From NCBI GenBank assembly GCA_031316235.1, contig JALDRA010000001.1:450001-482000 (forward strand): 32,000 nucleotides of DNA. The letters run 5' to 3'. Of the stretch, positions 24,902 through 32,000 are shown piece by piece (position 1 is the stretch's first letter; every line of letters starts with the position of its first letter). The DNA is from Candidatus Scalindua sp. (GTDB taxonomy: Bacteria; Planctomycetota; Brocadiia; Brocadiales; Scalinduaceae). Both the position numbers and the translations under genes were made by a program. The notes under the pieces were generated by a model, which saw only the letters and a list, made by a program, of their open reading frames with translations, was not told where the DNA came from and did no database searches.

Positions 24902-25779
24902 TATCACTAAAAATTGATGTGGACACTTATCGTGGCATGGAAAAGGGTGTTCCTGTGCTCCTGGATATTCTCCGAAGCCATGATATAAAGGCATCCTTCT
25001 TTCTCTCGTTTGGTCCTGATAACTCTGGAAAAGCGATATGGAACATATTTCGAAAGAAGGGGTTTCTCTCAAAGATGGTGAGGACCGGTGCCCCCCGCCT
25101 CTATGGCCTGAAGACGATGCTTTACGGGACACTGCTTTCCGCCCCCCTTATAGCTTCTGCATTTCCGGATCTTACGAGGCAGATAGCTGAAGAGGGGCAC
25201 GAAATAGGCATCCATGCCTGGGATCACAGGCTATGGCAGGACAACCTCGATAAGCTCTCAGAAAGAAAGATCAGTGAAGAATTCGAAAAGTCATTCAGTT
25301 CATTCAAAAATATCCTGGGAATTACCCCGAAAGCAACCGCAGCGCCTGCCTGGTCCTGCAATTCCCGGAGTCTTAAGATCCAGGATTCATTAGGTCTCGA
25401 TTACTCAAGCGATACAAGAGGAGTATTGCCTTTCTATCCACGTTGTAATGGCCAGGTATTTAAGACACTCCAGATACCAACAAACCAGCCATGTATTGAG
25501 GAATTGATTGGCCTTGATTTTGTAAATAGTGACAATCTGGTTGAATACCAGGTTTCCCTCCTGAAACAATACATACAGAATGTGATTACAATTCACGCGG
25601 AAGTGGAGGGTGGAATATATAAAGAACAATTTGACCAATTTGTCAGAAAAACAATTTGCAAAGGTTACCGGTTCTGCCCTTTGAATTCAATTGCTGCAGA
25701 CTTTCATGGTGCCCCGGCAAGGAGCCTAGAGCACGGTCATCTTCCAGGAAGGAGCGGGAGAGTGGCAATTTCCTCCTGA
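24880..25779 (+). CDS. arnD: 4-deoxy-4-formamido-L-arabinose-phosphoundecaprenol deformylase (polysaccharide deacetylase fold)
   Basis: 299 aa. LKIDVDTYRGMEKGVPVLLDILRSHDIKASFFLSFGPDN matches E. coli ArnD [39 protein letters not shown] as recalled. ...ITIHAEVEGG... matches Ec YTIHAEVEG. It overlaps the preceding gene by 22 nt. Confidence 0.85.
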   Translation: MRIYSHLISLKIDVDTYRGMEKGVPVLLDILRSHDIKASFFLSFGPDNSGKAIWNIFRKKGFLSKMVRTGAPRLYGLKTMLYGTLLSAPLIASAFPDLTRQIAEEGHEIGIHAWDHRLWQDNLDKLSERKISEEFEKSFSSFKNILGITPKATAAPAWSCNSRSLKIQDSLGLDYSSDTRGVLPFYPRCNGQVFKTLQIPTNQPCIEELIGLDFVNSDNLVEYQVSLLKQYIQNVITIHAEVEGGIYKEQFDQFVRKTICKGYRFCPLNSIAADFHGAPARSLEHGHLPGRSGRVAISS

Positions 25780-25791
25780 TAGGAATTTTTT
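25770..25791 (+). terminator. Weak candidate intrinsic terminator at the arnD stop
   Basis: TTCCT (25770-25774) pairs with AGGAA (25781-25785) around a 6-nt loop that contains the TGA stop, followed by TTTTTT (25786-25791). The stem is only 5 bp and AT-rich, so support is marginal. Confidence 0.25.
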
Positions 25792-25808
25792 ATGGATCCT
25801 TGTTTACA

Positions 25809-26588
25809 TCACGTTTTTTTGACAGGATAAAATCTGGCCGGGTCCTGCTGATAGTAAAGCATGAACTCTTCATAAAGCTCCGGATATTTCCGCTTGAGTT
25901 GTACAGGTTTTTCGAAGAAACACTCCGTGACTACAGCAAAGAATTCCGCAGGGTTTGTAGCGCCGTATCTGTCCATCACGGTACGCCTTCCATGCTCGGT
26001 ATCCTTTCTGAACCTGACATATTCAGCGCCAAGTACCCGTGCCCACGCAAGATACATTGATCTTCTCTCCATGACGGGTGACCCGCGCGATTCGCCACCA
26101 TCATGATCAATCTGATGGGCGAATTCATGAAATACGACGTTGTGTCCGTCATGGATATCAGCCGCGCCAGAGAGAACGTCACTCCACGATAAGACCACGG
26201 CTCCCCGGTGCCACGACTCACCAAGTCTGACTGATTCTCCTTCTGCTAAAATCCCATTTCCTACAGATCGAGACTCATGCGCTACATATGCGCTGGGATA
26301 GACCACAATAGACTTAAGAGCATGGTAGTAATCAGTCTTCCGGTGGAGCAGTAGAATGCATGCCTGAGCGGCAATCGTAACCTTGATCTCATCGTTGATC
26401 TGTAAGCCTCCGCATCCTTCAAATTTCTTCTCATGGAGGAAGATGAGAATATGGCCATGCAGCTCATTCCGGTCAGCTTCCGGCAGGTACCGGTATAAAG
26501 GGACATTGCGTTCTACAATAATGAGCCAATCCGTTGGAAATGGGGCCATACGAAGCTGCTTTCTTCGACGTTGTCTAAATCCGAACAT
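25809..26588 (-). CDS. mtfA: MtfA-like zinc-dependent peptidase (M90 family)
   Basis: It carries the HExxH motif in VVFHEFAHQIDH. The C-terminus NPAEFFAVVTECFFEKPVQLKRKYPELYEEFMLYYQQDP matches E. coli MtfA [39 protein letters not shown] as recalled. The track start 26603 is TTG. ATG 26588 (MFGFRQRRRK...) follows GAGGAA at good spacing. Confidence 0.8.
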   Translation of the reverse strand: MFGFRQRRRKQLRMAPFPTDWLIIVERNVPLYRYLPEADRNELHGHILIFLHEKKFEGCGGLQINDEIKVTIAAQACILLLHRKTDYYHALKSIVVYPSAYVAHESRSVGNGILAEGESVRLGESWHRGAVVLSWSDVLSGAADIHDGHNVVFHEFAHQIDHDGGESRGSPVMERRSMYLAWARVLGAEYVRFRKDTEHGRRTVMDRYGATNPAEFFAVVTECFFEKPVQLKRKYPELYEEFMLYYQQDPARFYPVKKT

Positions 26589-26611
26589 ACTCAGATTCCT
26601 CAATCTTCATG

Positions 26612-26840
26612 TTAGAAAACATGACTAATCATGGGGTGCATTACCACTTCCCTCCGCCCATTCACCAACTGGTATCGTGTATCATAAAGCCCTCCTCGTA
26701 AGTGGAGAGATAAGGCGATGCAGTTTCTCCATTTCGGCCAACTCCAGGTTGAAGTCTCTCGCCGCACGTTTGCGATCGTGATGGTCCCACCCGTTAGTGA
26801 GCAGAACACCGCCAATATCCAGAAACAGCGTCGTAATATA
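26612..26840 (-). pseudogene. Decayed HAD-superfamily hydrolase fragment (N-terminal ~50-75 codons, frameshifted, no start)
   Basis: The reverse-strand frame starting at 26840 reads YITTLFLDIGGVLLTNGWDHHDRKRAARDFNLELAEMEKLHRLISPLTRRAL* (stop at 26684-26682), with a HAD motif I-like FLDIGGVL. The expected continuation (..TYEEG..) appears only after a frame change (STYEEGFMIHDTSW*). The track ORF 26612-26845 is a different frame of the same remnant, and its ATG lies inside repeat copy C. Confidence 0.55.
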
Positions 26841-26950
26841 CTCATCTCATAATGGTTTTCGGATAAAATCCGAGTTAAAACGGAGCGAGTATAACTGCAA
26901 CCAAGCTTTGGTTTTTAGAAAAATCTAAAACCAAATCGGTTTTAGTATAT
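26836..26950 (+). repeat. MITE-like intergenic repeat, copy C
   Basis: 115 bp: ATATACTCATCTCATAATGGTTTTCGGATAAAATCCGAG...GGTTTTTAGAAAAATCTAAAACCAAATCGGTTTTAGTATAT. It has 7-bp terminal inverted repeats. Hairpin 1 is TCGGAT-AAA-ATCCGA. Hairpin 2 has an apical stem different from but complementary to that of copies A and B. Confidence 0.8.
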
Positions 26951-27005
26951 CTGTTGAACGTCTCATTATATGGGCACCCAGATTTCTGTTGTTATGTGAT
27001 ACCGA

Positions 27006-28124
27006 TTACGTTTCCAATTCCTGGAGTGTTTGCAGGAAGGTAATGACATCTTCTCGGCTGAGCATTCCCACAATTTTCCCATCCACCATTACGGGAAGCT
27101 GGTTGACTCCATCACGGTCCATCTCTTTGAGAGCTGTCCATAATTTTGCATCCGGAACCACCTGTTTTGTTCGCCCGATCGGGATCATGGCCTGGGCGCT
27201 GGTCGTAGTAGGCCACTTAGATCGCGAAATCTCTTTAACGTGACGCAGGGTCAACAAGCCAATCGCCTCGTTATTTTTCATGACTACAAAACTCCGACTG
27301 CCGCTGCCCAGGATGTGTTCGTCCACCAGGCTCTGCAGGGAAGTATCAGCAGGTATCGCTGTAAACTGCCGATTCATCGCCTGCGACACTCTATGGCCGG
27401 CCATTATGTCCTGGATCATCAGCTGCCGAACTTGTCCCATGGCAGCATTTTCCAGGAACCAGCCGATGAAGGCGATCCATATGCCGTTTATGAAATTACC
27501 GGTAAACATTTGCCACACACCCAAAATAATAAAGAAGTAGGCGATGAATCGCCCCAGATTGGCGGCGATCAGAGTGGCTCGGCGTACGTTCTTGGTAATA
27601 CCCCATACAACGGCTCGAAAGATGCCGCCGCCGTCCAGGGGAAAACCTGGAATCAGGTTGAACAGGCCAATTACGATGTTGATAAAGACCAGATATTTGA
27701 CCAGAGCCATTAGCGGCACAATGTCAGTGAAGATCATCTGTAACAGAAAAAAGATGCCCGCCAGAGCAAAACTAACAGCTGGTCCGGCGATGGAAATCCA
27801 GAATTGAGCTGTAGCAGTGGTTGGTTCGGTGGCGATTTGGGAAATACCGCCGAATATAAAGAGCGTGATGCTTTTCACCCGGATTTTGTAATACATTGCT
27901 ACCGCCGAATGGCCCAGTTCGTGGAGCAGCACACTCACAAAGAGCATAACGGCGGTCATCGCTGCTACAATCCAATACTGAACTACCGGCCAGTCCTTAA
28001 ATTCAGCCGGATAGTAACCAACGGCCATCGTCCAGGTAATCATCCCAAAAATCAAAAACCAGGAATAGTCCAGGCCGATAGGAATACCCAGAATACGTCC
28101 CAATGGAATGGTATGTCGGTTCAT
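27006..28124 (-). CDS. M50-family (site-2 protease class) membrane metalloprotease with C-terminal CBS pair
   Basis: 372 aa. The HExxH motif is in LLHELGHSAV and the second zinc-ligand motif is NLIPGFPLDGG. There are six or more hydrophobic segments and two CBS-like repeats (..FTAIPADTSLQSLVDEHI...; ..VVPDAKLWTALKEMDRDGVNQLPVMVDGKIVGMLSRED..). A GAGGAG RBS lies upstream of ATG 28124. Confidence 0.85.
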   Translation of the reverse strand: MNRHTIPLGRILGIPIGLDYSWFLIFGMITWTMAVGYYPAEFKDWPVVQYWIVAAMTAVMLFVSVLLHELGHSAVAMYYKIRVKSITLFIFGGISQIATEPTTATAQFWISIAGPAVSFALAGIFFLLQMIFTDIVPLMALVKYLVFINIVIGLFNLIPGFPLDGGGIFRAVVWGITKNVRRATLIAANLGRFIAYFFIILGVWQMFTGNFINGIWIAFIGWFLENAAMGQVRQLMIQDIMAGHRVSQAMNRQFTAIPADTSLQSLVDEHILGSGSRSFVVMKNNEAIGLLTLRHVKEISRSKWPTTTSAQAMIPIGRTKQVVPDAKLWTALKEMDRDGVNQLPVMVDGKIVGMLSREDVITFLQTLQELET

Positions 28125-28203
28125 CTCTTTTTCTCCTCTTATTTGTCAGAATTTTATTGCAAATAATATCACACATTCTGTTCACATACACCTCAAAATA
28201 GAA

Positions 28204-30750
28204 TCATCGCTGCCACAGGATTTGTGCGGCTTCGAGAGGGATCGTAGCGTCTGAACAGCGCGGTATCACTCGCGCCGTATAGTCAGCTGGAGGGCGGAAC
28301 GCAGACACAGCTGCACCGTAAACGTAGTCGCCACACGTGCCGTCCAGTTGGCGAATGCGATTCATCACCTGCCGCACGGGATCGCTGCCCATGACACCAT
28401 CGGCGTAAATCTCTACCTGAACCTCCTTGGGATCGAGATCGTCGAGATACAACTGGACTTCAAACAGATGCTTCTCCCCGCGAGTCTCAACTTTCACTTC
28501 TCCGAAGCGCAATGCGTCCCATTTTTGATCCAGAGTGCGCCGCCAATTAACTATATCTCCGCCGATTTTACCTTTATCAACAGCCCGCGCAAGGTAGGCT
28601 GAGGCCGCCGGGAGGTAGTATTGCTCAGTGTATTCACACACCGCGCGGTTTGTGGAAAATCGTGGCGTCAATCGCGCCATGCTTTCTCGCATCCGGGTCA
28701 ACCAGGCGCTGGGGATACCGTGTTCATCACGGGCATAGAACTCAGGGATAACCTCGTGTTCGAGCAGATCATAGAGGGCTTCAGCTTCGATAGCATCCCA
28801 TGCCGGATCGTTATCATGTTCCTTGCCATCCCCCAACGCCCACCCTACTTCCGGCGTATAGGCTTCCGCCCACCAGCCGTCCAATACAGAGAGGTTGATG
28901 CCGCCGTTAACCAGCACCTTCATGCCGCTCGTTCCGCACGCTTCCCAGGGGCGTCGTGGTGTGTTGAGCCAGACATCCACTCCCTGAACCAGCTGCGAGG
29001 TCAAATACATATCATAGTCACTGAGGAAGATCACATGGGGACGTGCCTCCGGCTGATAGATGAAACGCATCCATTGCCGAATCAGGTCCTGTCCTGCAAT
29101 ATCTGCCGGATGGGCCTTGCCGGCGATAATGAGTTGCACCGGACACTCTGGATTAGTCAACAAGCGAAGCAGTCGCTGCGGGTCGTGCAGCAGCAGATTC
29201 GGCCTTTTGTAAGTCGCAAAGCGGCGCGCAAAGCCCAGTGTCAATGCATCGGAACAAAACAGATGCTTCGCTCCATCAATCTCATCGGGTGGCGCGCCTG
29301 AGGCTGCCAGTTGCCTTGACAATCGTTCGCGGGCGTATTCAACGAGGGACTTGCTGGCGGCGATTCGAAATTGCCAGAGCCTGTTGTCAGGGATTCGAAG
29401 AATATCCCGCTCCATGGTTTCCGTCATCCCGAGCCAGCGGTCTTTTCCGCAGGCCTCTGTCCAGAGATCGTCGGCTGCCGCCGAGTCCCAGCTTGGCATA
29501 TGAACTCCGTTGGTCACATTTCCGACCGGTATTTCGTCCACCGGCCAGTGACGAAAGAGTGGCTCAAACAGATGTTGGCTCACCTTGCCATGCAAGCGAC
29601 TCACGCCATTCACTGCCCCGCTCCCGCGAATCGCCAGATAAGCCATATTGAAAAGTTCCGAAGGGTCGTTAGGATTCCGGCGGCCCAGAGCGAGCAGGTC
29701 GTGAAGTGGTATGCCGAGCTTCTGCTCGGCATACACACCGAGGTATTGCTCGATGAGGGCAGGATCAAAACGGTCAAAACCTGCGGCCACTGCCGTGTGG
29801 GTGGTGAAAAGATTCCCCGCTCGCGTGACGGTCAGCGCCACATCGAAGGACTGTGAGTTCTCCTTCATGAAACTGCTGGCGCGTTCCAACACGGCAAAGG
29901 CTGCATGCCCTTCATTCAAGTGGCAGACTTCCGGCTTGATGCCGAGCGCCGAAAGCAGTCGCCATCCACCAATACCGAGCAGCATTTCCTGTTGAAGGCG
30001 CAACTCCGGCCCACCTCCGTACAGCTGGCTGGTAATACCTCGATGCGCAGGGTAATTTGCTGCGTCGTTGCTATCCAGCAGATACAGTTTCACGCAGCCG
30101 ACCTGAACCTGCCAGGCGCGTAGCCAGACCGAGTAACCGGGCAACACGACCTCTAATCGCAACCACTCTCCATTCGGCTTACGCAAGGGAGTAATCGGTA
30201 ATTGTCCCGGATCGTTATACGGAAAGAGGGCTTGCTGCGCGCCATCCTTGTCGATCGCCTGGCGAAAATAGCCTTGCTGGTAGAGCAGTCCCATGCCGAT
30301 CACCGGTACACCCAAATCACTGGCAGCTTTGAGTTGATCTCCTGCCACGTTACCCAGTCCACCCGAGTAGATGGGCAACGCTTCGCTCAACATGAATTCC
30401 ATGCTGAAATACGCAACACAGTTCAGCGGAGATTGCGGGTAAGTTTGCTGAAACCACGCTGGCTCTTCCGCAGCATCCCGACTGGCTCGCACCAAATCTT
30501 CAACGTTTTTATGGAAAGCGGGTTCGACCAATACACGCTTGATCTGTTCACGCGAGACCGTCTGCAGGACAACCCAGGGGTTATGCGTGATTTCCCACAG
30601 TTCGGGATCAAGCTGCCGCCACACTTTGTCGGTAGCATGATTCCACGACCAGCGCATATCCAAGGCTAGTTCTACCAGAGAAGAGACTCCCTTGATTTCT
30701 GTGGGCAGATGACTGTATATCGGGTGGCAGGAACGTGTTTGTTTGCTCAT
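28204..30750 (-). CDS. glgP: Alpha-glucan phosphorylase (GT35, long bacterial GlgP type with N-terminal DUF3417-like region)
   Basis: 848 aa. Motifs include IYSGGLGNVAGDQLKAASDLG, HLNEGHAAF and the PLP-lysine region EACGTSGMKVLVNGGINLSVLDGWW. An AAGGAG RBS lies 5-6 nt upstream of ATG 30750. The gene is markedly GC-rich, which generates long spurious antisense ORFs in the track. Confidence 0.9.
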   Translation of the reverse strand: MSKQTRSCHPIYSHLPTEIKGVSSLVELALDMRWSWNHATDKVWRQLDPELWEITHNPWVVLQTVSREQIKRVLVEPAFHKNVEDLVRASRDAAEEPAWFQQTYPQSPLNCVAYFSMEFMLSEALPIYSGGLGNVAGDQLKAASDLGVPVIGMGLLYQQGYFRQAIDKDGAQQALFPYNDPGQLPITPLRKPNGEWLRLEVVLPGYSVWLRAWQVQVGCVKLYLLDSNDAANYPAHRGITSQLYGGGPELRLQQEMLLGIGGWRLLSALGIKPEVCHLNEGHAAFAVLERASSFMKENSQSFDVALTVTRAGNLFTTHTAVAAGFDRFDPALIEQYLGVYAEQKLGIPLHDLLALGRRNPNDPSELFNMAYLAIRGSGAVNGVSRLHGKVSQHLFEPLFRHWPVDEIPVGNVTNGVHMPSWDSAAADDLWTEACGKDRWLGMTETMERDILRIPDNRLWQFRIAASKSLVEYARERLSRQLAASGAPPDEIDGAKHLFCSDALTLGFARRFATYKRPNLLLHDPQRLLRLLTNPECPVQLIIAGKAHPADIAGQDLIRQWMRFIYQPEARPHVIFLSDYDMYLTSQLVQGVDVWLNTPRRPWEACGTSGMKVLVNGGINLSVLDGWWAEAYTPEVGWALGDGKEHDNDPAWDAIEAEALYDLLEHEVIPEFYARDEHGIPSAWLTRMRESMARLTPRFSTNRAVCEYTEQYYLPAASAYLARAVDKGKIGGDIVNWRRTLDQKWDALRFGEVKVETRGEKHLFEVQLYLDDLDPKEVQVEIYADGVMGSDPVRQVMNRIRQLDGTCGDYVYGAAVSAFRPPADYTARVIPRCSDATIPLEAAQILWQR

Positions 30751-31149
30751 GACCTCTCCTTATATATTTGCCCCTCATGTAATCTACGGCTGAATTGACC
30801 CAATTCTCATAACTGCGTCATAGATGCAGGGCTTCTTTCAAATATACAATTAGCAATACTCCATTTCTCCTTGCTGCGGCAGCGCCATGGTTTTGACTAT
30901 GTCCCGAGTGATCAGCGACACTGCTAACCTCTTCAGGTGAGCACACAGACTATACAGTTACCTCACCAGCGTATACCAGATTCAGTGTAAATTCAAATCT
31001 ATTTTTGAACCTTTTTACGGCACAGCCCCACCGGGAGATTGTCTTTTCTTCCCCTCATCAATGTTTTTCTCGGCTGATCTTCTCTCCCGCTGCATTTCCT
31101 CAAGCGACATAAGAGAAAAACAAGAACAGAATGGCTTTGTACCATAATA

Positions 31150-32000
31150 CTATAGTGACCCGATTCCAACCTCACCATTTTCAGTAATTAAATGATCGAC
31201 AAGTTTAAGGTCTATCAGATCATGGGAGTGTGTGGTTAGATGATAGACACAATCGTCTTGTACCATATCTACCACTTTTAAATAGATATGCTGGCGTGAA
31301 CAGGGTTGGTGGGAAAATTTCAGAGATTTCACAAAGAGGTATACCGGTATATGGTTGATATGGCAGAAGGAGACAACATTTGCCGTTCCTACTACAGTCA
31401 CTGCATGCCTGTCATGGGTAACGGATACCGCACCGATGAACAGTTTAGTTGCTTTTTCAAGCTGCAGGCTCAGGGAATATTCCGGCACTATGATATGGTC
31501 TATACCGGCTTTTGTCAGCAAGGTGATCATCTGTTTTGTCCTCAAAAAATCCTGCTTGAGAACTATTGCTGAAAAATTACGACGCAGTTCTTTTTTGGCT
31601 TCGACTAAAATGCGTTCCACAACAGTACTGGCGGAATGGGTAATAACGATATCATTGTCCTGAACGTATTGCCGGCCGGCCAGGACGACTTTTTCCGTCA
31701 TGGACTCAAACAGTTTTATTTTCTGATTGAGGATCTTAACCGTATGGTCTATGATCTCATCATAACCTGCATCCGCATAGGCAGTTATTTCTGTTTCAAA
31801 CTGTTCGATGAGATGGATAAGGGGTACTATTCTCGGCTCAGTGTTTTTAATGGTTTCAATCAGTTCGGCATACTGGGCCAGAAGATATCCTCTCTTACAC
31901 CGTAACAATTTTACGGCATTTATAAAGGACTTCAATACCGTTATCGTAGTACGGTTAGTTCCAAGCGCTTCTCCATGGTCTCTGAAAAGGCTATATAATT
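31150..32000 (-). CDS. eIF-2B alpha/beta/delta-family protein (sugar-phosphate isomerase-like), 5' end probably beyond the window
   Basis: It shows the IF-2B family pattern DIVITHSASTVVERILVEAKK...AIVL...LLTKAGIDHIIVPEYSL...ATKLFIGAVSVTHDRHAVTVVGTANVV...NHIPVYLFVKSLKFS. The track start (31935) is TTG, and the frame remains open upstream to base 32000, so the true start is likely off-window. Confidence 0.6.
   Translation of the reverse strand, partial: LYSLFRDHGEALGTNRTTITVLKSFINAVKLLRCKRGYLLAQYAELIETIKNTEPRIVPLIHLIEQFETEITAYADAGYDEIIDHTVKILNQKIKLFESMTEKVVLAGRQYVQDNDIVITHSASTVVERILVEAKKELRRNFSAIVLKQDFLRTKQMITLLTKAGIDHIIVPEYSLSLQLEKATKLFIGAVSVTHDRHAVTVVGTANVVSFCHINHIPVYLFVKSLKFSHQPCSRQHIYLKVVDMVQDDCVYHLTTHSHDLIDLKLVDHLITENGEVGIGSL

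Noticed and set aside
25656-26060. 134-aa plus-strand ORF bridging the arnD end and the mtfA region
   Set aside because: It overlaps the arnD 3' end in another frame and is antisense to the MtfA-like gene.
27240-28166. Plus-strand ORFs of 86-157 aa opposite the M50 protease gene
   Set aside because: They are antisense to a gene with clear HExxH, LDGG and CBS motifs and have no motifs of their own.
28348-30669. Plus-strand ORFs of 84-226 aa (28348-28602, 28621-29301, 29238-29651, 29371-29856, 29711-29995, 30202-30669)
   Set aside because: All are antisense to the strongly supported GC-rich glgP gene. Long stop-free antisense frames are expected at this GC content, and no recognisable motifs are present.
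31015-31110. 31-codon minus-strand ORF (MSLEEMQRERRSAEKNIDEGKKRQSPGGAVP) in the glgP / eIF-2B-like intergenic region
   Set aside because: It is very short, with no RBS or recognisable family. It cannot be supported without expression data.
1-32000. Scan for CRISPR arrays, tRNA/rRNA genes, transposase or integrase genes and classic defence genes
   Set aside because: I saw no regularly spaced short direct repeats, no cloverleaf-like or rRNA-like segments and no recombinase-type ORFs. The only repeats are the three MITE-like copies and the promoter hexamers.

Overview
This 32-kb window comes from a diderm-type bacterium and is compositionally mosaic; I cannot assign a taxon from sequence alone. 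Left to right it holds: a metallophosphoesterase gene (-) running off the left edge and absent from the ORF track; a tripartite RND efflux operon (OMF lipoprotein, MFP lipoprotein, RND permease); and an OmpR/PhoB-family response regulator with a HAMP sensor kinase. Next is a ~16-kb plus-strand envelope-modification locus carrying most of an undecaprenyl-phosphate L-Ara4N (Arn) pathway: arnT, arnB, arnC, arnA split into separate formyltransferase and decarboxylase genes, and arnD; arnE/arnF and ugd are not in the window. That locus is expanded by a visibly AT-rich block (CmoA-like carboxy-SAM synthase homologue, ICMT/PEMT-family membrane methyltransferase, CPBP/CAAX intramembrane protease, a second ArnT-family GT-C), a tandem pair of further ArnT-family GT-C paralogues, and a frameshifted arnT 5' remnant. 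The right third (minus strand) holds an MtfA-like peptidase, a decayed HAD hydrolase fragment, an M50 protease with a CBS pair, a GC-rich alpha-glucan phosphorylase, and an eIF-2B-family gene running off the right edge. Two non-coding observations stand out. (1) A phased four-hexamer direct-repeat module (CATTAA-N5-YTTMAT-N5-YTTCAY-CTTAAT type, 11-bp register) ends 10-11 bp upstream of a TATAnT box and occurs upstream of seven plus-strand transcription units: the RND operon, the two-component system itself, arnT, cmoA-like and three GT-C genes. It resembles PhoB/PmrA-type boxes and suggests one sensor-controlled regulon. (2) A ~115-bp MITE-like element with 7-bp terminal inverted repeats and two hairpins is present in three copies, with compensatory stem changes. 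One copy supplies the arnT stop codon, one splits arnB from arnC, and one abuts a dead HAD gene. I saw no rRNA, tRNA, CRISPR array, transposase or integrase.
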